A stretch of DNA of 64,000 nt from the human T2T-CHM13v2.0 reference genome, Homo sapiens (GCF_009914755.1 NC_060942.1); one strand, 5' to 3'; numbered from the stretch's first letter, positions 46,278-62,292 are shown. Translations and numbers: made by a program. The notes: generated from the letters alone by a model not told the origin.

Positions 46278-46679
46278 TGGTAAGGTTTGGGATCTGTGTC
46301 TCCGCCAAATCTCATGTCGATTTGTAATCCCCAATGTTGAGGGGGGGCCTGCTGGGAGGAGTGACTGGATCATAAGGGCAGAGCTCTCATGGATGGTTTA
46401 GCACTAACCCTCTTTGGCACTGTATTGTGAGTGAGTTCTTCTGAGATCTGGTGGTTTACAAGTGTGTGGCATCTCCCCCACCTTCCTCCTGCTCTGGCCA
46501 TTAAGATGTGCCTGCTTCCCCTTCACCTTCTACCATGATTTTAAGTTTCCTGAGACTTCCCTAGAAGAAGCTGCTATGCTTCCTGTACAGCCTGCAGAAC
46601 TGTGAGCCAATTAAACCTCTTTTCTTTATAAATTACCTAGTCTCAGGTATTTCTTTATAGTAGTGCAAGAACTAATACA
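46278..46679 (+). mobile_element. MSTA-like 5' LTR
   Basis: CCAAATCTCATGTCGATTTGTAATCCCC...GAGCCAATTAAACCTC...GAACTAATACA. Confidence 0.88.
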
Positions 46680-47118
46680 GAAAATTGGTACTGAGGTGTA
46701 GGGCATTGCTACAAAGATATCTGAAAATATCAAAGTAGCTTTGGAACTGGGTAATGGGCAGAGGTTGGAGGAGTGTGGAGGGCTCAGAAGAAGACAGCAA
46801 GATGAAGGACAATTTGGAACTTCCTATAGACTTGTTAAATCGTTGTGACCAAAATGCTGATAGTGATGTGGACAGTGAAGGCCAGGCTGAGGAGGTCTCA
46901 GATGCAAATAAGGAATTTATTGGGAACTGGAGTAAAGGCCACTTTTTCCATGCTTTAGCAAAGAGTCTGGCCACACTGTGCCCCTGCTTTAGGGATCTGT
47001 AGAACTTTGCACTTAAGAGTGATGATTTAGGGTATCTGGTGGAAGAAACTACTAAGCAGCAAAACATTCAAGATGTGGCTTGGTTGCTTCTAACAGCCTA
47101 TGTTCATATGCGTGAGCA

Positions 47119-47324
47119 TATGAATGAACATACACACCTCCATACACCTCTTTCAAGTAGGCATGCCCCAGGGCTCTGTCCTTGACTCCTGCTCCTGCCT
47201 CCTGCCTGCTCCCTGTCAGTGATCACATCCATTCTCATGGTTTTCACTCTCACATATGTTATGACCATTTCCCCTCCTATGAACTTCAGATTCACATCTT
47301 ACTGACTGCTGGACGTTTCCACCT
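47119..47324 (+). mobile_element. L2 fragment embedded in MST-int
   Basis: TGCCCCAGGGCTCTGTCCTTG...GTGATCACATCCATTCTCATGGTTTT...GAACTTCAGATTC. Confidence 0.72.
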
Positions 47325-47491
47325 AAATGACCTGAAATTAGAGCTTATATTTAAAAGGGAAGCGGAGCCCAAAAGTTTGGAAAATTTGGGGTATCTGGTG
47401 GAAGAAACTTCAAAGCAGCAAAGCATTTATGATGTGGCCTGGCTGCTTCTAACAACCTATATTCATATGCATGAGCAAAGAAATGATCTGA

Positions 47492-47804
<313 letters not shown>

Positions 47805-48249
47805 TTATATTTAAAAGGGAAGCAGAGTGTAAAAGTTTGGAAAATTTGCAGCCTGGCCATGTGGTAGAAAAGAAAAGACCATTTCCAGGGGGAGGAAATC
47901 AAGGTGCCTACAGAAATTCACGTAAGTAAAGAGGAGCCAAGTATTATTAATAATATCCAAAATAATGGGGAGAAGGCCTGGAAGGCATTTCAGAGAACTT
48001 TGTGGCACTTCATCACATACAGCCTTAAACTCTTCTCTATTTTTTAAAGATGAAGCCTTTTCTCATACCTAGATGGTAACTTGCTCGAGAAAAAGAATAG
48101 CGTCACATATCTTTAAATGCCCAACTATGCGTGATCTAGTGTTAAGCAGAATAGATATTGTTGAGTGAATAAATTTCATTGGCATCAATGATCACTCACA
48201 TACACCGTGTTGGAAAAAAACTTGAATTGTGCACCTTGTGCTCAATATA

Positions 48250-48480
48250 TGATTTAGATTAAGAGCTTGGGTTCTGAAAGCAAATGTGGTTTCAAACTTC
48301 TACCATCTATGGGCCTATAACTTTGGGCAATTTATACAATCTCCTTAAGCCTCAGTTTCCTCACTGATAAAATGGGATACTTTCTTATAGCGCTATAGTA
48401 AGAATTAATTGAGATGAAACGGGGAGTACAGCACAGTGCCTGGCATATGGTAAGCTCTCACTAAATGGTGGCTATATAAT
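48250..48480 (+). mobile_element. MIR
   Basis: CTTTGGGCAA...AAGCCTCAGTTTCCTCA...AGCACAGTGCCTGGCATATGGTAAG. Confidence 0.78.
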
Positions 48481-49594
48481 GATCGCTGTTGATTCTTTTA
48501 AGGGCTTTGGTTGCTGCTTCTAGGAACCCCCTCTTCAGCAGAAGCATCTTCCTCCGCCTCACAACCACCACTATCAAAGAGCATTTGGTTAAGAACCTTG
48601 GAAGAAATCCTCTCATTAGCTGTGTGCTTCCAAGTGTTGGCTCTGGCAGGATTCTGTGGGAGGACGAAAGATCAGCTGCTATTACCCCAACAAAACCATA
48701 ACTCTTTCCAATCAAAGCCAGGACCCAAAGATGGGCTCTCCAGGACTGACTTTCAGATTTATTTTTTAAGTTACTGTGTTCTGCCAATTTGTGTTGTATT
48801 TCTTTTCCACAGAACTTCACATCTGTTCTTCCTGCCACACAAGTGCCTATGAGCTTTGGCCACAGGTGCTTCCAAGTGGAGCACAGGGCAGCTAAGGAGG
48901 TGGGAAAGAATGCTGTGATTCTGTCCCACTGAAATAGCACCACTCAGGGGTCCTCCCCCATGGGAATTGGAAGTTAATATTTTACAAGTTGAAAGAATGT
49001 AACCAAAAGACATCATCCTAAAAACCAGCAGGAAACCAGAGTCATCTTTTATTACACACTGCCAAGTCCATCTTCTGATACACAGGAGAACTTCTGAACA
49101 ACAAAGAGAGGTCTCTGGGGTTTGGTGGTTTATTTTGCTTCTTTCTCCACCCCAGTCCAACTTCCCCTCTTAAGATGTGTCAGTGAACTTAGCAAGCAAG
49201 AATTCTAAATTAGCATCGTATGATCAGTGTCACTGGCTTGTTCTGGAGATCACCAAAGATAGGAACGTGCTAGGAGACACAAGGACAAGAGGCACTCCTG
49301 GCCAGGTTGGGGATTTCTAGAATTTAAGAATTAATCAAGAAAGAAATGAGAGGGAGAAGGAAGAGAGAAGAGAAACTGGAAAATGAGAAGGATGAGGAAG
49401 GAGGAGGAAGAGGAAAATTATCAGCCAGTTTCCCCTGACCAGCATCCCCACCCTCAGCTACCCACATGCAGAGATAGAGAGAGAGACACAGAGACAGAGA
49501 CAGAACACAGAGCTGTGTGGTTGGGAGTGAGGGAACCAGACACATAGGATTTGGATTTGTCAGCGCTAAATGCTAAGTTCTCCCTCCTCTTCTC

Positions 49595-50935
<1,341 letters not shown>

Positions 50936-51304
50936 TGTTGAGCCATTTGGACTGGCTAGAAAGGGCTTCCTATACTCAGAATTTTGAGTTTTATTTTCAA
51001 TGAAAGACACATGTTGACAAAATCATACTTGACGATCACAGATGCTTCTGATTTTACTCCTGCCAGAAACATTCCCATCCCCTCACCAGTAGAGCCACCT
51101 TTATTAGCACAAACCCACAGCATCCTTCAAGAAGGCCAGAGAGAAACAAGGCTAAAGATCACTGCTTCCCGCTCCATGGCCGCATTGTGGCTAAGCGGAA
51201 AGTTACACTGGGAGATAAATAGAAATGAAAGGCATTGTGATGCTATAATGTGGTAAAAACAGCACAGCATACTTTATTTATTTTTGTTTTGTTTTATTTT
51301 ACGC

Positions 51305-51515
<211 letters not shown>

Positions 51516-51984
51516 GTGTTTTACTTTAAGTTCTGGGATACATGTGCAGAATGTACAGGTTTGTTACATAGGTATACATGTGCCATGGTGGTTTGCTGCA
51601 CCCATCAACCCATCATCTAGGTTTTAGGCCCTGCATGCATTAGGTATTTGTCCTAATGCTCCCCCTCCCTTTCCCCCCCCCTCCCCTGACAGGCCTGGGT
51701 GTGTGACATTCCCCTCCCTGTGTCCATGTGTTCTCATTGTTCAACTCCCACTTATGAGTGAGAACATGCAGTGTTTGGTTTTCTGTTCCTGTGTTAGTTT
51801 GCTGAGAATGATGGCTTCCAGCTTCGTCCATGTCCCTGCAAAGACATGATCTCATTCTTTTTTACGGCTGCATAGTATTCTGTGGTGTATATGTGTCACG
51901 TTTTCTTTGCCCATTTGCACATTTTCTTTGCCCATTCATGGGCATTTGGGTTGTAAATAGTTCTTTGCTATTGTAAATAGTGCT
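51516..51984 (-). mobile_element. L1PA7/8-like 3' end, 5' truncated
   Basis: TACTTTAAGTTCTGGGATACATGTGCAG...GGTTTTAGGCCCTGCATGCATTAGG...CCCACTTATGAGTGAGAACATG; outer TSD CAGCACAGCA(T/C)ACTTTA. Confidence 0.9.
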
Positions 51985-54870
51985 CAGCACAGCACACTTT
52001 AACTGACACAATAGTTAAGTGTATCAAGCACAACCCAGGCAGGGTATGAAATCAGACCACGTCAGCCCTCAGGTGGTAGGACAAAGCACGTGGTGGGAGG
52101 CTGGCTGGTTTAAGAGGGTCTTGCAGTACCTTCTATGGAGCATTTTACTACTTTTCTGAATTGATCTTAGGCAAAGAATGGAGAAAAACATTTGACTTCC
52201 ACCTTTATCCTGTCTCACAGAGGTAGGCATGACAGCATTAAAACCCAACAGGCACACTGTAGCTACTATGCCCAGTCTGAGTTCTCAATGAAGACCAAAA
52301 ATAGTTCTTGGTGCTATGCTGTCTCTAGTTCCACAACCTTCATACAAAACACAAACCCCTCGCTGGTTTAAGAGTGCCAGAAAGCACTGGGGAGTTAGGG
52401 CCAATCATGTGCCGTGAGCAACTTGTACTCATAAACCAGGCCCACACAGATGAGACGCTTTACACAAGGAGGGAAAGGCCGCCCAGAAACATCCTCTGGA
52501 GAAATACTCAGTTGGCCGGGCTCTGCCTCCAGTGCCGGAACAGCAGGATGACTTCTGCGTTACCGACGATCTGTTCACCACACTTCACTAGAGCCTTCCC
52601 ACACCTCCGCTTAGGAAGGTCACAAACCCATTTGGGTTAAATGCTCTTGCAGCTTACTGGAAACCCACTGGCAGCTGATGTTGTGTTTTGAGAATAAACG
52701 ATGTAACCTGTAAGATTTCCAGAAGGCGTATTTTCTTCTCCAACAAAGAGCAGCCCGCTGACTGAGCTGTGGACCGCAAGCAGTGGCAGCCCCTTGGCTG
52801 CTCGCTATTTTGAGTCTGGAGAGATTGTTCACGAGGAGCACAGGCTGTTTGGCAACATCAGAGCTCTACCCAGAAAGCAAAAACAAAATCCGGGTGGTAA
52901 GGAAGAGCCAGGCAGGAATGCCTATATACCTGAGGACCCTGAGCCCCGTACTCTGTCTCCTTGGTGAAGTGCCAGCCCTCCCACTTCTCGGCTCGCAGGT
53001 CTTAAAGACAGTATTTTACTGCTTTTCCGCAGCATTTTCACGGCATTTTGTTAGGATGGTGGTTTGTTCACATTCCCGAGGGTTTTCTCTTGGCAAGGAT
53101 CAGTGCAGCCAGGTAACTGCTCTTCCTCTTAATTAATCTTAATTAGATTACATGTAACAGCATGGCTGCACAGTGAGGCCTGCCGATCTGCTGACAAGGA
53201 GCAGCTTACCCTGTGAACGAACAGGCCTGACTGGGATTATGGACGCGAGCCGTGTAAATGGGAACGGAGCCCCCTAAGCCAACAGTCCTCGGCCTGCTGA
53301 CACAGCTGCACAGAGTACCCAGGCACTGCAGCGCCGAAGGAGATTCAGTTACAGTGAAGAAATCATAACAAAGACAGGAAACAGATCAGCACACTCTGGA
53401 TTTAACACCCTCCCTGGGGAGCTCTGCTGATTTCTAGGCTGCAGATGTTTTTAACCCTGCCTTGAAGAATGTCCATGTCACATGCTGGAGCTGATGAAGG
53501 CAAGTACAGTATTGAAGCAAAGCACACATATCCCAAAAGTGGACCCAAATCATGTTGATTAGAGCTTCCCCCATCTCTGCGAAAAGAGGACACAACTGTT
53601 AAAATCTGTAAACGATCTTTTGGTGGAGTTTGATGAGCAGTTGCGAAATGGATGCCCACAAAGCCTGGTGTTTATTTACTTAAAATGAGGTGTAAATGAA
53701 GCTCACTAGACTCTTCCATGAAGGGCTTCCTAGTCCCAAGAGTTGCAAAATGTCTCAGCTGTTTCCGACTTTTTGCTCTTTGCAGCACTCTATACCAAGC
53801 GGAGTAGAATGAAAACAAGCCTCCTTCATTGCGCATTTTTCAAAGTGACTGCCAACAAAAGCTGGATCCTTGACTGTTTAGTGCTTACGATTGAGGAGAC
53901 GGCGTATCTTACTGGCAGGATATAGGTAGTTTTCCAACAGTTACAGTAAGTTTGCAGAACTGGAAATTTATATAAGTTCTTCTGAGTTACATAAACATGT
54001 CTATGACTGCACAAAGATGTGGTTCGCCAGAAGCACTGCATTTTCTTTGTGGCAAAGGGACTGGCCATACCCTGCCAGAAAAGTTCAGGCAAGAGGAGGA
54101 CTCTAATGTTAGATAAACCTCAAGTCCAAAAGTTGGAAAAAGAGAAAAACGTTCAGCTCACTTGTGATCTGATTTTGTCCCATTTGCAGTTCTTTTACTG
54201 TTTTCCATGAGTATTTTTAAGAATGCTCACAGAGGACCTCATCAGGGACCGGAAACTCTAGCACTCATTTCCTAACATACCCTTGGAGCATCTCACTAAG
54301 GACATATTTTTGCTTCTCATGTTAAGAAAGCAAAAGGATCATTTTAACTGCTACTGAATTTAATCCTGTGTTTGAACAGACACAGATCTCTGGTAATTCA
54401 GAGCAACTGTCTTTTCCCCAGCTGAGCTTGCTGACTTACCCAGACAACTGAGAACACACGTGGGTGGGCTGAGGAGGGGAGAGGAGAAGTGCACCTGAAC
54501 GATCCAGGTTGGCCCTCTCCTCTAGCCACAGGCATTGGCAAACTGCTGTTCCTGGTTGTCCAGACCCGTTTTCTGAAGGCAGCCTTCGCTTCTGTGAATC
54601 GGTGGCAGCTCAAGACCTAGGAGCTGAGGACCCCCTGATGGGGTAGCTTCTCCCACTACTGGACAGACCACCTGTTCAAAAGCCCCTCGTTATTTTGGAC
54701 CTCTTCATCTAAACTGTCGTCTTCCAGACCTTAGGATCACAGATTCTGTCTCTATATGATCACTCCTCAAGACTTCTCTCTCCCACGTGAAGCCATTTTC
54801 CCCAGTTTCATTTCTGGTCCACCACTGCACCTCGTGAACTTCTCATTTTGCACAGGAGGTACTCAGATAA

Positions 54871-55257
<387 letters not shown>

Positions 55258-57197
55258 TGATTCAGGACAGGATGGCTCTTAGGTACAGGCAGAGAAAATC
55301 TCCTTAAGATTTGAAAGATGCCAACAAAACTTACTGTCCAGTCAATGTCAATCTGCCATAAGTCTGGAAGGTCATTTGCTGTGTCTTCTTTGGAGTTAAG
55401 CACTGCCCATCAGAAAAGTCTACTTTTGAATGAATGACCACTTGGAAGAGTTAGCATGCACAATGTCTGGCACACAGGTAAGGAATGGATTTATAAGTGA
55501 CACTGTAAATCAGACAGCTTTCCTCATTGGGACGTATGTAAAACCCGAGTGGAGATATGAGGGGCATTTATGACCATTTTTGTCTACCCTAAAACTCTAC
55601 TAAAGCCAGGTCCACATCAAGGGGCCCCAGCGCAGCTTTCTTTGCACATCTGGTGCAGCAGGTGCCCTATGCACACTGCAATGCCTGTGTCTAACCCTTC
55701 TGCACCTTCCAGAAGCTTCAATGGTGGAAGCAGAGCCAGGGCCAAGACAGAATTTCCTGCCTCTCCCATGCCTCTCAGCTATGAGAGTACAGGAGAGAAA
55801 TGGATGCTTAGTACCATCTCAAAGGAGATGATTGCTCATACGGTTAACCCTGAAACCAATCTAGGAATCCAACAAAATACATGTGTTCAACACACATATT
55901 AGCTAATCAGATTGTTGTCTCTTAATTATCTTGTTTTCCAGTAAACCATCATGACCTCTCAGGACTTCCCAGGGGTACTGCCCTGAGGTTCCTCCTTTAA
56001 AATGGCCAAGTGATGAGTGATGACTGATTAGCTTGCCGAATTCTTCACTTAAGAACTCATCAGAGGAAAAAAAAGGAAAAAAGAAAAAAAAAAGAAAATA
56101 GACTCGGATATTTTGATCGGGCTGTGAGCTCAAGTAAGCAGCACAGTAAAACAGTAAGAACGTTTTTGACAAGAGACTTCATTCAAACATACGTGGAGTC
56201 CCCCTGCTGTCGGCCAAGAATAAAATATGGGCCAGCTCGTACCTAAATTTTATTCTTCTTCCGTGGTCATTCGGAATGGGCCACAAGAAAGACCAGAATT
56301 CTTCATTTACTACACGCCTAAGGTTTTATGGACTTTGTGTCACCTTTTGAATCCCCCATCCCCAGCCCAAGTTTCATTTTACGCATCAGTGAAAGCCTCA
56401 GCCAAGGGAAGAGGTTTTCTTCCCCGTGGAGTAGAATGCAGGAATTTATCTGTCTTAAGGTCTTTAGTCAAGCTAAATTATGTTACCTGAGTATGCTGCC
56501 AAAATACAGGTCTGTTCTCTGTTTTGAATCATGATATCACTAGTAGTAACCTCATGTCCAGACATTTGAGATTAAAAACACCAGTACATTACGTGTGTTT
56601 TACAAAAGACAGTTGCTAAGTATGTTATGCCTTCAATATAGCTTTCCTGACAACCTGAACATTGACCTGCAACAAAAAGGCACGTGAGAAGCCCAGGGCC
56701 AACTCTCTAGAATTAAGTAATATTCACACATTAGCTGAAGGATGACCCAGTCACCAACCTCCCCCAACAGTCTGCTATGTGCATCCTCTCTTCTTTCCTT
56801 TTTGGGTCTGCAGTGTCTCTCCTGGGTTATACAACATAGATGGGCATTATCTCAGGCCAGCCCTTATTAGGTGCACATATCACTCGGAGGGTCAGAGAAG
56901 CGCCGTATCCAATTATCACAGGACTTTGCTTTAATGTCTTCATGGTCACGTTTCTATTTGTGTGATGAGCTAACTTTGAATGAAGGTTGGTTGGTTGGTC
57001 AGTCAAGGCTCACTGCTTAAAGCTGACTGGCATGTCTTTGACTCACCTTCTCACTCAAGGAACAAATGGATTCCTGGTCTTTCTGCAGTGATGAAAATAA
57101 TTGCTAATAATCGGCTGAGTTTACCCAAAGGATGTTTAGACTGATTAATTTTATTTTTCCAGTACTTCAAAAAACATGCCTTGAAAATCATCTATAA

Positions 57198-57845
<648 letters not shown>

Positions 57846-58119
57846 TACAGCACTGCCCTGTACTCATATAACAGGAACTTAGGGAAAGTGGAAGAATAAG
57901 AATGTTATCCAGGCTACATGGTAGCAAACCAAAGTGTATTGAGATGTACAGATAATGAGATGGAAATGAATGACGTCATATCTAAAACCACTCTTAGGTC
58001 ATTCCAATTCTATCTCTTTTTAGTTAATACACATCATCCCAGTACTACAGCAAAATAATTCAAGCTGGTCTTTTTCCCTTTTTTGGTGAAGGGAATGAGG
58101 ATACTTAATAATGAAGTGG

Positions 58120-58723
58120 TGGAACCACTTTGGGATACACTCAGGCAGTTCCTCCAAAGATTAAACACAGAGTTATCATGTGCCTCAGCAATTCCGCTCC
58201 TAGGTATATACCCAAGAGAATTAAAAACACAAGCCCACACAAAAGTTCACAGCAGCATTATTTATAATAGCCACAAAGTAGAAACTACCCAAATGCCTAC
58301 CAACTGATGAAAATGGATAAGTAAAATGTGGTCCGTCCATGTCACGGAATATTATTCCGGATTTTTAAAAAATGAGGTACTGCTACATGCCACAACATGG
58401 ATGAAACTTGAAGACATAAGCCAGACACAAAAGACAATATATTATGTGATTCCAGTGATATGAAACGTTCAGCACAGGCAAATCCATAGAACCAGAAAGT
58501 AGCTTAGTGGTGGCTGAGGATGGAAGGGTGAAAGGGAGTTGGAGGGAAATGAAAAGTGACTGCTAATGGATACAAGGGTTCTTTCTGGATGGATGAAAAT
58601 GTTCTAAATTGATGGTGGTAGTTGCACACCTCTGGATTTGCAAAAAACTACTGAACTGGTACACCTTAAATGGGTGAATTTTATGATACATAAATTATAT
58701 CTCTATAAAGCTGTTATTAAAAA
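58120..58723 (+). mobile_element. L1MB-type 3' fragment
   Basis: CAGCAATTCCGCTCCTAGGTATATACCCAAGAG...AATTATATCTCTATAAAGCTGTT. Confidence 0.85.
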
Positions 58724-60649
58724 TAACGGAGGAGGACTCCCACCTGGCCTGTGAGGTCACCCCACACCACATGCATTTGATCAGGCTTGCCATTTTATCA
58801 TGAGGTTGAGCATGTGACCACATGGATATGGATTTATAAGCATTCTACCAAGACAGACAATTGTTGAAATGTTGAAGCCTATACGTTTCTTTTACTTGAA
58901 AAAGGCAAAGTAGGGTAGCCCCAGTTTAATTTCTCCCCAGCTGGAGTTTATTAAGAAACATAAAGTGTAATAGCTCAGATTCAAGCCTTCCTCAGCAACA
59001 ATGGAAGAACAAGGTTTTCTGATGGCTGTTCTCTGAGGAGAAGCGGGGGAGTCAGGGAGAGGGTGGCAGGTTCTGAAGAAGCCCAGGCTGAAACCGAGAG
59101 GGTTCACTTGATCCTGCCATTCCCACTGGCCTCCTCCTTAGGCTTCGTACCCAGAAAAAGTTTCCAACCTCTGCAGGCTTTCAGCATCAGCTCCTCTAGA
59201 AAGTGATTTACTTACCCTTGGCAAAGTAGTCATTGATTTTCATTTCATTTCATACTACCTTCATAATGTTTTGTTTTAGCCTTGGTTTATTGTTTCATTT
59301 TCCCCCCAGTCATAAATGTCTCCATTATTATACTGGCACACGGGTGAAGCCATAGTTGCTTAGTAATAAGTGCTTAGCATCTGTACCCAACTATAAATTG
59401 TTGCATTTGGCCAGAACCAACTAATTCAGAAGCTCTATATCAATTAAAATCAAGAAAGTAATAAACCACACACACACAGAGAGAAAAATAATTAGTTGCT
59501 TAATCATCTCAATGCAATGAAAGGTGGCAGCATGTGTCGTAAACATGAGTGTGGGGATTCCTGTGGGGGCTGGGAGTTCGCTGAGACTGCACAGCGGGGG
59601 CTCGGCTCTGTTCTCTCCCCGCCTGACCCTTCGGATCTCAGTGGACAGATGCTATCAGTTACACAGTCAGAGCCAGCGACATCTCGGAGTCACAGATAAA
59701 AGTGTCTTGTCTTTCGTATCTTTCTTCTCTCTCACTTCATTCCCGTTGTCACACGTCCATCACCAGCTTATTCACCGGTGACAGCCACAGCCCTCTTCCC
59801 CTAGCCCCCAATTTCCACTTTCTCTTCTTTCACATAAAACCATGTAGTAAATTAGACTGCTCCGTGAAAAGGCTGTCAGAGACCAGGCATTTTAATCAAC
59901 TCAAGTTGAAATTCTTTTGCCTTGTTTTCTAGCTCACTAGCCTGGCCCATTCCCTGCACCTGCACCCTATGCCCTACAGCTCCACCCCCAGCCCGAGCTC
60001 CAGGAAGGAAGGTTTTTGACTGGTTCCCTTTCTTGGTTCTTTCTCTCCATCCCCACCCACACCCTGAGCTAATCCCTGCCTGTCCGCGTGTGCTCACTAG
60101 AGGCCCGCACTGCTGCTGCGCTTCTCCTTTTCCTTTCCCAATTTCCTCTTGTCTGGACTCATCTTTACCACAAACCTCCACGGATACACTAACTTGTATT
60201 ATCTGCTATTGTTCCATGCGAGTCACTTTTGTCCTCTTAACTTGGCTGTAGCAACCTTGAGAGCAGAAGTCATGAGTCACTATTCTGCAGCCTCCTCAGC
60301 ATCCCTAATAAACACAGCATCTCGCGACAGTCTATCACTTAACAATGGATCCCAGAGCTGGGTGTATGTATATGTGCTTCCCTCCTTTGAATGGGCCGCA
60401 GTCCATTTCCCCATGGGACAGGCACTAATGCTCCTCGTTGCTACTGGTGTACCTTCATTCTGTTTCCTCAGCCTTAAGGCACTTTCTCCCACTGACTGTC
60501 TGGGGACTTCCTCATTTTAATGCCTCTCCCTTAAACAGTCATCCCTCTTTACTGCTTTCTCTGAATCACTGGTTCCCCCCACTTTCTGCAGAATTAATAA
60601 CTTCAGAATCTGGCTCCTCTATCCTCTATTTCCTTTCAAGCATTTCTCA

Positions 60650-60795
60650 AACTACAGTAGAGATACGTTGATCTTTTTTCTCCCCGGCTAGACTGGGAGC
60701 ACCATCAATACTGGTGCTATGTCTTAGCAATTCAATCCCAGGGTCCAGCATCAGGGCCAGAATACAACAGGTACACAACATATACTGTTCAATCT
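60650..60795 (+). mobile_element. L2 3' end
   Basis: CTAGACTGGGAGCACC...TCCCAGGGTCCAGCA. Confidence 0.55.
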
Positions 60796-61122
60796 CATCC
60801 AACGAACTCTCATTGTAAGGCCCAAGACTCAGGCAAATGAAAAGAACTCATTCCTTATTCCTATTGAGAGTTAGCAGGTTCACAGAACTTGGTTGGGGAA
60901 GCCCAGTGGGGTGTGCTCAGCACCAAGGCTGGGGGTGACACACTCTTGGGCTCTCCAAAGCTCAGGTTCTAGACGCTCCCATCACACTGGGGACCTCTAC
61001 TTACAGGAAGTTTCTCCTGGGATCACATTCTCCCTCAAGCTTTTTTAAAGTTGACCCCTTCTTACCTGCTTTCTGGGAAGAAAGGGGAGATGGGAACAGA
61101 CTTAAACAAAATTGTTAATTAT

Positions 61123-61416
61123 GTTTTGTTTTGTTTTTGAGAAAGGGTGTCACTCTCACCCAGACTGGAGTGCAGTGGTGGATCTCAGCTCACTGCAACC
61201 TCTGCCTCCCAGGTTCAAGCAATTCTCGTGCCCCAGCCTCCCGAGTAGCTGGGATTACAGGCATGCACCACCACACCTGGATAATTTTTGTATTTTTAGT
61301 AGAGACAGGGTTTCACAATGTTGGCCAGGCTGGTCTCAGACTCCTGACCTCAAGTGATCCGCCCACCCTGACTCCCAAAGTGTTGGGATTACAGGCATGA
61401 GCCACTGCACCCAGCC
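61123..61416 (-). mobile_element. AluS
   Basis: Reverse dimer. Confidence 0.92.
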
Positions 61417-61804
61417 AAAATTATTATGAAAAGTTTGTGTTTCACATTCTCCTTTCTGAGTTTCTGCCCCATCACTTGAAATTTTTATTTCCCAGTCTCA
61501 GGTGCTAAGATCCAAAGTTCCTTGAACCTTTCATCTCTCTGAAATACAAATCTTTTAAAAATAATTCACTGATTTCAGTTTGATTTTACAGGAAGAAAGT
61601 AACCTGATTAAATAATCCACCTTAAAGTACAGGTGACTATTAGTAACCATCATCATTTCTAAAATTTCCTAGTGTATTTATACTTCAAAAGAGGCCTATT
61701 ATCTTAATTAATTTTAAGCAAAAAATAAAATAAATTCAAGCAAGGGTACTATTTTGAAGCAAAAGGACCTTCCCAGTCTTTCTAAAGGAGTAAATAGTTA
61801 CCTA

Positions 61805-62292
<488 letters not shown>

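Noticed and set aside
39739-46679. MST LTR pair as one provirus
   Set aside because: Internal sequence follows the second LTR rather than lying between them; the LTRs differ and share no TSD.
46754-47002. ORF MGRGWRSVEGSEED...
   Set aside because: Decayed MaLR internal ORF fragment, not a host gene.
48461-48943. 160-aa minus-strand ORF
   Set aside because: Non-ATG start, ends in MIR sequence, no recognisable domain.
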